Below are positions 36,775 through 50,765 of a stretch of DNA of 64,000 bases, in pieces; within the stretch, counting starts at the first letter, position 1, and each line of letters starts with the position of its first letter. The stretch lies in NCBI GenBank assembly GCA_038087875.1, contig CM075994.1, positions 11,472,001-11,536,000 of the forward strand, written 5' to 3'. A program made the translations under genes and the position numbers. The notes below the pieces were generated by a model, which made no database searches, was not told the origin of the DNA, and saw only the letters and a program-made list of their open reading frames with translations. Source of the stretch: Malacoraja senta. Taxonomy: Eukaryota.

Positions 36775-39625
36775 TTTAAAAGCATTATATATGAATACGC
36801 GATGTATAAGAAATAAAGTGGATGAACGAGGCTCAGTTAGAGATTGGTATATATGACATTGTGGGGATTACAGATACATGGCTGCAGGAGGATTAGGGTT
36901 GTGAACTGAATATTCAGGGTTATACGTCCTTCAGAAAAGACAGGCAGGTGGGCAGAGGAGGTGGGGTAGCTCTGTTGGTGAGGGATGAAATGTAGACCCT
37001 TGTGAGGGATGACATAGGGACTGGAAATGAGGAATTGTAAAGGTAAGAAGACACTAATGGGAGCTATCTACAGGCCCCCACGCAGTAGCCGGGATATAGG
37101 GTGCAAGTTGCAGCAGGAGTTAAAAATGTCATGTAACAAAGGTAATGCCACTTTGGTTATGGGAGATTTCAATATGCAGACTGGGAATATCAGGTTGAGT
37201 CTGGACCCCAAGAAAGGGAGTTTGTAGAGTGCCTCCGAGATGGGTTCTTAGAGCAGCTTGTATTGGAGCCTATCTGAGAGAAGGCAATTATGGATTTAGT
37301 GTTGTCTAATGAACCAGATTTAATAAGGGAACTCAAGGTAAAGGAGTCGCTCGCAGGTAGTGACCCTAATATGATAAGTTGTATCTGCAATTCGAGAGGG
37401 AAAAGGTTAAATCAGAATTGTTAGTGTTGTATTTGAACAAGTGGGACTATGAAGGCATGAGAGAGGAGCTGACCAAGGTCGGCTTGAAAAGGATCCTATC
37501 AGGAATGACGATGGAACAGCAATGGCAGGTATTTCTGGGCATAATCCAGAAGATGCAGGATAATTTCATTCCAAAGAGGAAGAAAGATTCTAAGGGGAGT
37601 AAGAGGCAACCGTGGCAGACAAGGGAAGTTAGGGACGGTAGAAAACTCAAAGAAAATATGTATAATATCGCAAAGAGTAGAGGGAAGCCAGAGGATTTGG
37701 AAACTTTCAAAGAATATCAGAAGGTAACTAAAAGGGCAATACCGGGTGAAAAGATGAAGTACGACGTTAAGCTTGCCTATAATATAAAGAAGGATAGTAA
37801 AAAGCTTATTTAGGTGTGTTAAGCGAAAAAGATTAGTACAGACACATGTGGGTCCCTTGAAGACAGAAACAGGTGACATTATTATGGGGAACAAGGAAAT
37901 GGCAGAAGAGTTGAACAGGGACTTTGGTTCTGTCTTCAATAAGGAAGACTCCAACAATCTCCCAGATGTACTAGATGACAGAGGATCTAGGAAGACAGAG
38001 GAACATAAATAAATTTGCATTAGACGATAAATAATATTGGGTAGACTGATGAGACTGATGGCTGTAAAATGCCCAGGGCCTGATGGTCTGGGCATCCCAG
38101 GGTACTCAAGTAGGTCGTTCCAGAAGTCGTTGACGCATTGGTGATAATTTCCCCATTTTCTTTTGATTCAGGAACTGTTCCTGTGGATGGAGGGTAGCTA
38201 AAATTATCACAATTTTCAAGAAAGGAGCGAGAGAGAACACGGGGAAATATAGACCAGTTAGCCTGACATCGGTGGTTGGAGGGATGCTGGAGTCAATTAT
38301 TAAAGAAGTAATAACGGCAAATTAGGATGATAGTAATAGGATTGGTCGAAGTCAGCATGGATATATGAAGGGGAAATCCTGCTTGACTAATCTTCCGGAA
38401 TTTTTTGAAGATGTGACAAGTAAAACGGATGAAGGAGAGCCAGTGGATGTCGTGTATCTGGACCTGCAGAAAGCCTTTGATAAGGTCCTACACAGGAGAA
38501 TAGTGGGCAAAATTGGAGCACAAGGTATTGAGGGTAGGGTAAGCCATGGATTGAGAATTGGTTGGCAGGCAGGAAACAAAGAGTAGGAATAAACGGGTCC
38601 CTGTCAGAACGGAAGACAGTGCGAGAGGAGTGCCGCAAGGCTCGTTGCTGGGGCCGCAGCTATTTACAATGTACATTAATGAATTGGATTATGGAATTAA
38701 AAGTAACATCATCAAAGTTGCAGATGACACAAAGCTGGGTGGCATTGTGAACTGCGAAGAGGATGCTAGGAAGTTGCAGGGTGACCTGGACAGGTTGAGT
38801 GAGAGGGCAGATGCATGGCAGATGCAATATAATGTAGTTACATGTGAGGTTATCCACTTTGGAGGCAAGTACAAAGCGGCAGATTATTATATCAATGGTG
38901 TCAGATTAGGGAAAAGGGAAGTGCAACGAGACCTGGGTTTCCTTGTACACCAGTCATTGAAAGTAAACTTGCATTTACCGCAGGCTGCGAAGAAAGCTAA
39001 TGGCATGTTGGCCGTCATAATGAGAGGATTTGAGTATAGGTCCTTCTGCAGTTTTACAGGGCCCTACTGAAACCACATCTGGAGTATTGTGTGCAGATTT
39101 GGTCTCCTAATTTGAGGAAGGACATCCTTGCTCTTGAGGGAGTGCAGCGTAGGTTCACAGGGTTATTCCCGGGGGTGGCGGGTCTGTCATAAGAGTAAAG
39201 ATTGGAAAGACTGGGCTTGTATTGACTGGAATTTAGAAGGATGAGGGGGGATCTTGTAGAAACATATAAAATTATAAAAGGACTGGACGAGCTAGATGCA
39301 GGAAAAATGTTCCCAATGTTGGGGAAGTCCAGAACCAGGGGCCACAGTCTAAAAATAAAGGTGAGGCCATTTTAAACTGAGATGTGAAAAAGGTTTTGCA
39401 TCCAGAAAGTTGTGAAATTCTCTGCCACGGAAGGCAGTGGAGGCCAATTCACTGGATGAATTTAAAAGAGAATCAGATAGAGCTCGTGGAGCTGGCGGAA
39501 TCTAGGGGTATGGGAAGAAGGCAGTCATCTGAATGTGGATGATCAGCCATGATCACAATGAATGGCGGTGCTGTCTCGAACGTCCGAATGGCCTCCTCCT
39601 GCACCTATTTTCTATGTTGCTATGT
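36775..39625 (+). mobile_element. CR1 ORF2-length copy, decayed, copy B
   Basis: IYRPP, MGDFN, KSCLTNL.EFFE, ADDTKLGG; CR1 3' tail. Confidence 0.92.
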
Positions 39626-39920
39626 CTTTACAATAATCCTGAAAAGTTCACTGACAAATTCAGCCACCTGGAAAATCCAGGCGTTACACCTCTCCGCAGT
39701 CTACTGATAACAAACTGAACATTTAAGAATCAATTCTGGTATGAATATCGGGTGGAAGTTTGTTTCGTCTAATCCCGCTGCACAAACTTGAGGGCTACGC
39801 CGGCAGCATTTACTGAGAAGCAACATCATAACATTCGCTTTTGGTCCGTATGATAAAAGCTTGTAAACGTAAACGTACAGCTGTTTGAAATTCGCAAGTT
39901 GCTTAAAACATACTGAAGAC

Positions 39921-40010
39921 AGACACAAAATGCTGGAGTAACTCAGCGGGACAGGCAGCATCTCTGGAGAGAAGGAATGGGTGACGTTTCGGGTGGAGAC
40001 CCTTCTTCAA
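39921..40010 (-). repeat. Solo Penelope terminal-repeat fragment with mutated hammerhead core
   Basis: TTGAAGAAGGGTCTCCACCCGAAACGTCACC on minus strand. Confidence 0.65.
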
Positions 40011-40224
40011 ACATACTGATCTCCGCGTTTCTGAAAAAGAAGCATTACTTGAGAGAATTTAAGCCCATGTTTCTCTTTCTGGCTTCAATATATTGGAAAA
40101 AATGAAATAACACAGATGTCAATCATGTGGCTGGAGTGCAGTGTCTCTGGCATCCACAATCATAAGTTGTCTTGAGCCGGTGATCATGGTGCACATTAGT
40201 CCAGCCTCAGAATCACCCTTGAGG

Positions 40225-40960
40225 GTGGGGGGGTGGGGACACTTTTAAAATCTTTTCCCCGTACGGAGGACCCGACCTTTTTCCTGTCGGGTCTCCGTTG
40301 TCGTTGGGCCCTTGCACCGTGGAGCGGCCTCCAACCGGAACGACCTGGGGGCTCCAGTCGCGGAGCCTGCGGAGCAGCGGACTACTTACCATCGCGGAGC
40401 TGGCCGAGTTCGGAACGATAGGAGCTGCGGTGACGCGCGGCTGCGGCCCGACCCCGGAGATTCAGAGGCTCCAGCCGCCGGCCCGGTGGACGGTGACACC
40501 GGGAGCTCGCGGGTCCCTGGTGGGAGACCCCTTTTCGGGGCTTCCGCAACGGCGACTTCTCCCGCCCGAGTTGCGGGGTTGAGGATGACCTGGAGCGGGG
40601 CCTTACATCGCCCGGCGCGGCTTTAAATGGCCGCGGGACTTGCTGGCGCCCGCCGGGGGCTCCAACATCAAGACCCGGAGCGCGGCCTTGCATCGCCCGG
40701 CGCGACTTTAATGGCCGCGGGACTTATTTACCATCGCCCGCCGGGGTTTTGACTTTGACATCTGGAGGAGAGTGGGGAGTGCAGGGGAGAGATAAGACTT
40801 TGCCTTCCATCACAGCGAGGAGGAGATTCGCTGTGATGGATGTTTGTGTAAATTGTGTTGTGTCTTAACTCTTCTACTTGGATGTATGACTGCAGAAACC
40901 AAATTTCGTTTGAACCGCAATGAGGTTCAAATGACAACAAATAAATTGTATCATTGTATC
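40225..40960 (+). mobile_element. GC-rich non-autonomous retroelement, Rex1-like tail
   Basis: Ends AAATTTCGTTTGAAC..GGTTCAAATGACAA..AATAAA(TTGTATCA)n; sits at the B/C junction. Confidence 0.6.
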
Positions 40961-41068
40961 ACAGACACACACAGTCTGAGAATTGAATACGTGATAGGAT
41001 CTGAATGGTGTAATTATATCCCAGACTAGACTAAGACACACACAGACTAACACAGACTCACACACTGA

Positions 41069-41165
<97 letters not shown>

Positions 41166-41445
41166 TCACACACAGACTCACACACACACACAGACTCACA
41201 CACACACACACACAGACTCACACACACACAGCCTCACACACACACAGCCTCACACACACACACAAACACACACACACACACACACTCACACAGACCCACA
41301 CACACAGACTCACACACACACACACACAGACTCACACACACACACAGAGTCACACACACACAGCCTCACACACACACACTCACACACACACTCACACACA
41401 CACACACACACAGACTCACACACACACAGCCTCACACACCCACAG

Positions 41446-41481
<36 letters not shown>

Positions 41482-41891
41482 TCACACACACACACTCACA
41501 CACACACACTCACAGACTCACACACACACACAAACAGACTCACTCACACACTCACACACACTCACACACAACCAATACTAAAATACCAAGTAACTTCAGA
41601 ACGTGGTGAACATACAGTGTGTAAACCGAATGATTCAAATGTTTAAAGCCTCCTGTAGAGGCTGCTGCTGCTGAAGCAAAAACGTGCTTTAAATAACGTC
41701 CAACAAACACACTCAACATAGACAGAGCAGTCAGATCTCTTGAATTATTCAACGACGTCTTCACTATGCCTTCTGCAGTCAGCGCCATCTTGCCACGAAC
41801 AGACTTGACACGAACAGACACACACACACACAGACTCACACTGACTCACACAGACTCACACAGACTCACACAGACTCACACAGACTCAGTG

Positions 41892-44129
41892 TTTAAGAAG
41901 GAACTGCAGATGCTGGAAAATCGAAGGTAGACAAAAGTGCTGGAGAAACTCAGCGGGTGCAGCAGCATCTATGGAGCGAAGGAAATAGGCAAAGTTTCGG
42001 GCCGAAACCCCTCTTCAGACTGATGTAGGGTGCGGGGGGGGGGGGGAAGAAAGGAAAAAGGAAGAGGAGGAGCTCGAGGGCTGAAGGAGAGCTGAGAAGG
42101 GGAGGGGACAGCAAGGGCTACCGGAAATTGGAGAATTCAATGTTTATGCCGCTAGGGTGCAGACTGTCCAAGCGGAATATGAGGTGCTGCTCCTCCAATT
42201 TCCTGTGGTGCCCACTCTGGCCATGGAGGAGGCCCAGGACAGAGAGGTCGGAATCGGAATGGGAGGGGGAGTTGAAGTGCTGAGCCACCGGGAGATCAGG
42301 TTGGTTAAGGCAGACCGAGCGGAGGTGTTCGGCGAAACGATCGCCAAGCCTGCGCTTAGTCTCACCGATGTAGATCAGATGACATCTAGAGCAGCGGATG
42401 CAATAGATGAGGTTGGAAGAGATGCAGGAGAACCTCTGTCGCACCTGGAACGACTGCTTGGGTCCTTGAATGGAGTCGAGGGGGGAGGTAAAGCGACAAG
42501 TGTAGCATCTCTTGCGGTTGCAAGGGAAAGTGCACGGGGAGAGGGTGGTTCGGGAGGGAAGGAAAGAATTGACCAGGGAGTTCCGGAGGGAGCGGTCTTT
42601 CTGGAAAGCAGACAGGGGGAGATGGGAAGATGTGGCGAGTCGTGGGGTCACGTTGGAGGTGGCGAAAATAACGGAGTACTATTTGTTGTATGTGATGGCT
42701 CGTGGGGTGAAAGGTGAGGTCTAGGGGGACTCTGCCCTTGTTCCGAGTGGGGGGATGGGGAGAGAGAGCTGTGCTGCGGGGTATGGAAGAGACCCTGGTG
42801 AGAGCCTCGTCTATGGTAGGGGAGGGGAACCCTCGTTCCCTGAAGAATGAGGACATTTCCGATGACCTGGTGTGGAACACCTCATCCTGGGAGCAGATGC
42901 GACGTAGACGGAGGAATTGGGAGTAGGGGATGGAGTCCTTACATGAAGCAGGATGGGAAGAAGAGTAGTCTAGATAGCCATGGGAGTCAGTGGGTTTATA
43001 GTGAATGTCAGTCAGAAGTCTATCACCTGTGATAGAGATAGAGAGGTTAAGAAATGGTAGGGAAGTGTCGGAAATGGTCCAGTTGTATTTGAGTGCCGGA
43101 TGGAAGTTAGTGGTGTAGCGGATGAAGTCAGTCAGTTGTGTGTGGGTGCAGGAGGTTGCAACAAAGCAATCGTCGATGTAGCGGAGGTAGAGGTCGGGGA
43201 TGGGGCCCTGGTACGCTTCGAAAAATGATTTATCGACGTACCCGACAAAGATACAGGCAAAGCTGGGGCCCATGCGCGTGCCCAAAGCTATGCCTTGTAT
43301 TTGGAGGAAATGGGAGAAGTCAAACGAGAAGTTATTGACGGTAAGGACCAACTCCGCTAGGCGGAGGAGAGTATCAGTGGACGGGTATAGGTTGATTCTC
43401 CGATCGAGGAAGAACCGGAGGGCTTTGAGACCATCCTGGTGGGGCATGGAAGTGTAGAGTGAGTGTACGTCCATGGTGAAGATGAGGGGATTGCCTAGAG
43501 AATGGAATGCCCGGAGACGACGGAGAATGTCTGAGGTCTCTTGAACATAGGTAGGGAGTGATTTAACCAGGGGGGATAGGATGGAGTCAAGGTATGTGGA
43601 AATAAGTTCGGTAGGTCACGAACAGGCAGAGACAATGGGTCTGACAGGACAGACAGGTTTGTGGATTTTGGGGAGAAGGTAAAATCGGGCCGTGCGGGGC
43701 TGGGGAACGATGAGGTTGGAAGCTCGAGGGGGCAGGGAGCGGGAGTTAATGAAGTCAGTGATGGTGCTAGAGATAGTAGCCTGGTGCTTGTCTTTGGGGT
43801 CATGTTCCAAGGGTAAGCAGGAGGCGGTGTCCGAGAGTTGGCGCGTGGCATCAGCTTTGTAGAGATCGACGCGCCAGACCACCACGGCACCTCCCTTCTC
43901 GGCGGGTTGGATAACCCAGTCAGGGTTGTTGTGGAGTGAGTTGATGGCTGTTCGTTCAGGGGGGGAGAGATTGGAGTGAGACAGGGGAGTGGAGAAGTTG
44001 AGGCTGTTGATGTACCGCCGGCAGTTTTGGATAAAGAGGTCTAAAGCCGGAAGGCCTCGAGGGGGGAGGATCCACGAGGAGGGGGTTCATTGGAGACGGG
44101 AAAAGGGATCATCACTAGCTGGGCGAGGA
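41892..44129 (-). mobile_element. Penelope-like element, copy C
   Basis: ORF 42386-43474 RT (RYIDD, LPFL, HYKPTDSH); GIY-YIG in 42118-42651. Confidence 0.93.
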
Positions 44130-44775
44130 CTAGGCCCCAAGGCCCCAAGCCAATTTGCCAAACACTTTGCAAACAACCCGCACAATTTCTGAAGAGTCTT
44201 TAAAACCCAAGCTAATTTGGCAAACACTTTGCAAACAACCAACACATTTTCTGAAGAGTCTTTAAAAGCCAAGCCAATTTGGCAAACACTTTGCAAATAA
44301 CAAACACGTTTTCTGAAGAGTCTTTAAAAGCCAAGCCAATTTGGCAAACACTTTGCAAACATCAAACACATTTTCTGAAATGTCTTTAAAAGTCAAGACA
44401 ATTTGGCATAGACTTTACAACCACATCGAGGGGACTCACTGTGGAGTAGACCTGCGTTCAGTGTTATTCGCAGCTCAGAGAGCCGTGACCCTCTCGCTTC
44501 CTCCCTCGCAGAGAATGAGTGTGGCACGACACTTCCGGGTTTTATAGTCCCTCCCACCTGCCGCCAGCGGAGGCAGCAGAGAGAATGGCGACATTTTTTT
44601 AAACATGAATAATTCTATGATTTTTCGTCGATGGGAAAAATCCTCCCGTCCAATCCGGCGGAGGGCGACTCTGAGCGAGGTGGCCAAACATCACGGCCTT
44701 AAGTGGCGGCGTTCTCTCAGAAATCACGAAAAAGGGAGCCGAAAGCGGTCAAGATCTGAGTTTTAGTAATATAGA
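44130..44775 (-). mobile_element. Helitron 5 paralog (~4 copies of the 62-bp unit)
   Basis: TC...CTAG termini, same as 25676-26687. Confidence 0.8.
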
Positions 44776-45443
44776 TGTATAAATACAATACAATACAATC
44801 AGTTTTATTCGTCACTTGCACATAAAGTGCAAGTGAAATGAATTTGCCAGCAGCGGTACGATGAAAAAAGAACACACAAAAGCACAATAACATTTTAACA
44901 TAAACATCCACCACAGCATTCATCACTGTGGAGGAAGGCACAGAAGTTGGCCAGTCCTCCTCCATTTCCCCCGTGGTCGGGACCTCAACACTCCGCAGTC
45001 GCCGCTGCGTGCGTCCAGATGTGTAGACAAGGTAAAGTCCTGGTAAGTCCTAAATCGGTGCTTCCCTACCGGAGACCGCGGCTTCAGGTTGGTGTACGTC
45101 GCAGGCCGGCGGTCGAAGATCAAAAGTCCCCGCCGCGCAGCAGCCGGAAGCACCGCAGAACGCACGGTCGGCGGTCGGAGCTCCGCTCCAGGGGTCGCCG
45201 GCGAGGGACCCCGCTCCTGATGGTAAGTCCACGCCGCGCCCGCGGTAGAAGTTGGCCGCGGGCCGGCGATCGGAGGTCCTCTCCTCCCGGGTCCCCAACG
45301 AGGGATCCCAGGCCCAGGACGCCGCGCCAGCTGGAGCTCTGCAGACCGCGGCCTCAGGCTGCCGCGGCCCAGCGATCGGAGCGCTACTCTCCGGCGACCC
45401 CCGGTGAGAGCTCGCCCGCTCCGCGACGAATGCGTCCTTGCTT

Positions 45444-46126
45444 TAAAAGTGAACATTATCAATCTGGCTGACCGAATTCGTCAAGAGGCAGCCAAGATGC
45501 ATGAAACAAGATGATAATAGGAGGAGTACGTTGTCTCTGCGGGGATGTCGAAAGGGATAGCTGGGATTGATAGGGATCTGTTTGATGCAAGGTTTAATAT
45601 TTCTCGTTACCATCATCCGAGTGTTGTTTGTTTATTATGCGCTTCTGAAATGTCGCTGTGTGAGGAAGATGGAGCGAAGTATCCCATTAGTTTTGCTAAG
45701 TCACGTTCCCTGAGCATCAAGATGGTTTCGGGACATGTATATTTAGAGGGTTTTCTATTTTCACGATTTCAATAGATATTGGCAGAGGAAGATCGTTGCA
45801 TTTTAACTGTGTTCGGGAGGCAATTGATGTCGGGAACAGGATTTCCCGTACAGGTATTTGAGAGATTGGAATTATTATGTGTCATGGGGACCATGGGCAC
45901 ATACAACAGAGAAGCACGTCAGTCGACCCATCCTGAGCGCACCGACCATCGGTGATGGCAACACTGCGAAGAACGCGATGCCCAGATGCTTCTCATCATA
46001 GACAAAGTTCCAAGTTATTTCGGTAAAATTTGTAGATTATGCGTAAAGGCAACGCACAATTGTTGCTTCTGTGAAGGACCAGGTACTTGTACTTGTTCAC
46101 TTAATCCATTTTGATCTCTGCCATAA
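45444..46126 (+). mobile_element. env: env TM C-terminal remnant plus putative LTR (45825-46126), copy C
   Basis: Paralog of 27368-28042. Confidence 0.65.
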
Positions 46127-49100
46127 CTGATCCTGATGGTTGCATTCCTTCACATTAACAGAGAAGGTTATTTTATTACACTCATTGCCATCACGTTTCA
46201 ACTCTACTACAGAGACAAATATCCCTTCTCTTTTTCCGCAGTTCTGGGGAACTGGGCCAAGGGTATCGGACACGAAATATTAGCTACTTCTATTCCACTA
46301 TTTTCTGTCACTATTTCAGATTTCCAACTAACACGTTGTTATTGTTTAGATTGTGTTGCTCTGCATCGGGAGGCGTGTAGGCTTGCCCTGGCCCAATAGT
46401 TTCCTGAGCCGAACTCACCATTGTACATCTCAAGAGATGCAGAATTTAGGATTTCAATGCGAATACATTGCACATATTCACAACTACAATAACACTGGTA
46501 CAATATTCCAAGCATCTCAATTATGTACCAACGGAGCACAATTTCAACATGTCTGAATCATTATAGATTTCAGGTGTATGTTTAAACCTCCGTATCTCAA
46601 TTAGCAATAACGAATGAAGAGCAACAGTTGTTCAACTAAAGAAGGGAATAACAGTTCACAAGAAATTAGTGAATGTGTTCGCCAAGAATGCTTTGTGGGA
46701 AAATAACTAAAACATAATGTATTGCTTCTCGTTTTAAGTTTATTGCAAAATGTGTCAGTTATCCATAAGAATAACGACAAAATATTACATTAAAAGAAAC
46801 CACACATAATTCCTTTCTTTATGCAATGCTCATAGCGGCATTAAGGTTTCCATGAGATATTAATAGACTTCAGTAGGTGACTGGGGTGTTTGCTAAATTT
46901 AATCAGAAACTAGATTATGTCCGACTGAATGATCTGCACAGGATCCCGCTTAAAAAAATATTTGCCGTTCTAGATTCAAATCCTTGACCTTCCTGTTAGC
47001 CTGCCTATTAAAAGACATTATGGATATATTTGGAATTTGGAAATAATTGTTTACATCACTCCCGAAATATGAAGTGCAACGATATTCGCATAGTCGGCGA
47101 TACAGTTTGTTTGGTTTATTAAAATACGGATTGTAATTCAGAAAACGCCTCTTACGCGGGTAGAACAAGGACGACGGAAATAATCTTCTTAAAAAGTAAT
47201 TAAAAAGTAAAAGTAATTTGACCGGGCAACTAATGGATAATTAGAAAAACGCTAAAGGACGCAGACATATTGACATTTCGGGTCGGGATCATTCTTCAAA
47301 CTAACTGAAGAAGAGTTTACCCGAAATTCAATTCCATCCCCAGATGCTAGTTGAGCCGAAATTGGTCGGATATCAGTAATCAGTTAGATATAAAATTATA
47401 ACTGCAAAAAGAACAACATTCTCTGTAGGAACAACTACATTTTTGAATATAATTGAATGGTTTTAAGAAATAGATAAATCGGACTTCCGGTGGCGCTATG
47501 GATTACTGAAGGCGTCACATTGAACTCCTCTCCAGCAAAAATTGTTAAAAGCCGTTAAAAAGCTGTTTTCCAGATCAGTACCGGTTTAAAAAAACTCATC
47601 GGAGTTGCTTGGTGTCGCGTAAGGGTGACGTAATCAGAAGGCGACGCAAAAACGGGAGTTTAACGTTAAAAATCGGGAATTTTAAATGAGAAGAGAGAAA
47701 GTCTCACGAGCACCCAAGAAGAACACCATAAGTCTCCTACTCGAGAAAGTCTTGGATACTCTGCAAACGACAGAAGAAGGCACAGAAGGCTCGGAAGAAG
47801 AAGAATTCGACAGCCAAGAATCACTGCTTGAAATGGCTGCAAAAGGAGACAAGAAGGAGAAGGAGGTAAAGCAAATGCTTTTAGAAATGTGTGCTACAAT
47901 CAATGCTACACTGGAAAAGATCCAGAGTATGGAGTCTAATATGGAGAGTAATAAGCAGAGTATCGAGACTAATAAGGAGAGAATTCCTAAAAACATTGAT
48001 ACAGCTTACGGTGAGTTAAAGGAGCTGAAGAAACAACATAAGGAGGCTGATAAAAAAATAAAGTCGGAAATGACGGACAAATGTCTGGATTTGGAAGCAA
48101 AATCGAGAAGGCAGAATTTGAGAATTGTTGGAGTGAGAGAAGGACGAGAGGGACATAGATCTCAAAGATGTACTTTTGTTACTGACTTACTCAAAGAAGT
48201 TTTTGAACTGCCGGGAGCACCAAGAATAGATGTCGCTCACAGAATTGGACGTGTTTCAAGAGAGGCGTGTTCCAAGACAGATAATTGTGAAATTCCTCGA
48301 TATCTCTTCAGTGGAATTTATATTGAAAAAGATTACTCATGGGGAGAATCTGACATATCGTGGGGATAATATTCGATTTTTCCGGGATTACCCACCGGAG
48401 GTCGTTAGAGAAGGAACTTGTTTACACAGACAAGAAATATTCTGAAAGGGATACGCGATGTGAGATATGGGATTGTTTATCCTGCTAAAATGAAGATTAC
48501 TCATAATGGTACTGTACGCTCGTTCACAGACCCCGAAAAAGCTTATAAATATGCAGAGGATATCGTAAAGAACAGTTCTGCTGAAGCGGCTGAAGTTCTT
48601 GACACGGATGAAGATTGATCGGTTTAACTTTTAGGACTGGTTAAGATGGCGGAATTTTCCAGACAGTTAGCAAGCTTATCTGTCTGGAAAGTGTTTGGGA
48701 GAGTACTGTCTATATTTCTCCTTGAATGAAAAGCTTAAAGATAAACAAAAGACGTTGAAGACACAGAATTAACGAGCGAATGAATAATGGACATGGAATA
48801 TATAATCTGCTGATTTAAGAAGATTTTTAATTTTTATACTCCAATTATAAATAATTAACGACTTTAACAAATTTAACACTACTAATTATTTGTGAATGGA
48901 TGTAGTAAATATGAATAAATCATGAATAAATCATGAGACGGGGAAGGAGATAATTGATTTAAGTCACTAAAACGTCTATAACACAATTAACATAACTTTT
49001 TTTTCTTTTTGGGTGTGTAGGAGTCAGTTGCAGCATATAACTGGAAGAGATTCTGTAGTGAGGTTTTGTTTAACCCCTTGGTACCTATTTGTATGTGTAA

Positions 49101-49166
49101 GAATCCTGGGTGGATATATATGGTAAAAGCTTAGACTAGATTAAGGTTAGATAAATTGGAAGGGCA

Positions 49167-49168
<2 letters not shown>

Positions 49169-49224
<56 letters not shown>

Positions 49225-49257
49225 CTATCTATCTATCTATATCTATCTATCTATCTA

Positions 49258-49288
<31 letters not shown>

Positions 49289-50765
49289 ATCTATCTATCT
49301 ATCTATATACTTTTAAAACTCTCTGGCTGCCGTCCGTCTGTACGTCTGTACGTCTGTACGTCTGTACGTCTGTACGTCTGTACGTCTGTACGTCTGTACG
49401 TCCGTACGCCGCCTTTGATACCGCCCCTGGCCCACACAGCGTGCGGAAAGGCCCATATTTTTTACCATTTCCAAAGAGATGACATTTATCTTTACGAATA
49501 GCCACTCCTGATTAAATTCGGTCCTGTTTATGTACACGTTTTTTTAATAAAATCCATCCCCCCCCACCCCCATGTCATTTTCTCCGATTGTCTCCGATTT
49601 TCTCCGAAAACGACGCCATCTTTTTTTCGCCGATTTTCTCCGAAAACGACGCCATCTTTTTTTCGCCTATTTTCTCCGATTTTTTCCGAAAACGACGCCA
49701 TCTTTTTTTCCACGATTTTCACCCCGGGGTCTGAAGCACGTTCGGGAAAAACACCCCGGGGTGTCAAGCACTTTCGGGGACCAGACCCAACGGGTCTGCA
49801 CTTGGTCTAGTATACTTTTAAAACTCTCTGGCTGTCGTCCGTCTGTACGTCTGTACGTCTGTACGTCTGTACGTCTGTACGTCTGTACGTCCGTACGCCG
49901 CCTTTGATACCGCCCCTGGCCCACACAGCGCGCGGAAAGGCCCATATTTTTTACCATTTCCAAAGAGATGACATTTATCTTTACGAATAGCCACTCCTGA
50001 TTAAATTCGTTCCTGTTTATGTACACGTTTTTTAATAAAATCCATCCCCCCCCCCACCCCCATGTGATTTTCTCCGATTGTCTCCGATTTTCTCCGAAAA
50101 TGACGCCATCTTTTTTTTCCCGATTTTCTCCGAAAACGACGCCATCTTTTTTTCGCCGATTTTCTCCGATTTTTTCCGAAAACGACGCCATCTTTTTTTC
50201 AGCAGATTTTCACCCCGGGGTCTGAAGCACGTTCGGGAACAACACCCCGGGGTGTCAAGCACTTTAGGGGACCAGACCCAACGGGTCTGCACTTGGTCTA
50301 GTATACTTTTAAAACTCTCTGGCTGTCGTCCGTCTGTACGTCTGTACGTCTGTACGTCTGTACGTCCGTACGGCGCCTTTGATACCGCTCCTGGCCCACA
50401 CAGCGCGTGGAAAGGCCCATATTTTTTACCATTTCCAAAGAGATGACATTTATCTTTACGAATAGCCACTCCTGATTAAATTCGGTCCTGTTTATGTACA
50501 CGTTTTTTAATAAAATCCATCCCCCCCCCAACCCCCATGTGATTTTCTCCGATTTTCTCCGAAAACGACGCCATCTTTTTTTCTCCGATTTTCTCCGAAA
50601 ACGACGCCATCTTTTTTTCCCCGATTTTCTCCGATTTTTTCCGAAAACGACGCCATCTTTTTTTCCACGATTTTCACCCCGGGGTCTGAAGCACGTTCGG
50701 GAACAACACCCCGCGGTGTCAAGCACTTTCGGGGACCAGACCCAACGGATCTGCACTTGGTCTAG
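49169..50765 (+). mobile_element. Head-to-tail trimer of a ~490 bp non-autonomous Helitron with 5' (TCTA)n
   Basis: Units end CAGACCC-AAC-GGGTCTG..CTAG at 49810, 50301 and 50765; A|T site with no TSD versus empty site near 31252. Confidence 0.92.

Larger units (their letters stand above)
22870..40960 (+). repeat. Segmental duplication unit, copy B (~18.1 kb)
   Basis: Colinear with 40961 onward (22938 vs 41026; 29402 vs 47481). Confidence 0.93.

Noticed and set aside
46242..46271. Ig J-like FWGTGPRVS in an ~18 kb repeated unit (shark Ig cluster idea)
   Set aside because: No heptamer/nonamer RSS, no splice donor, and no V or C exons in the unit
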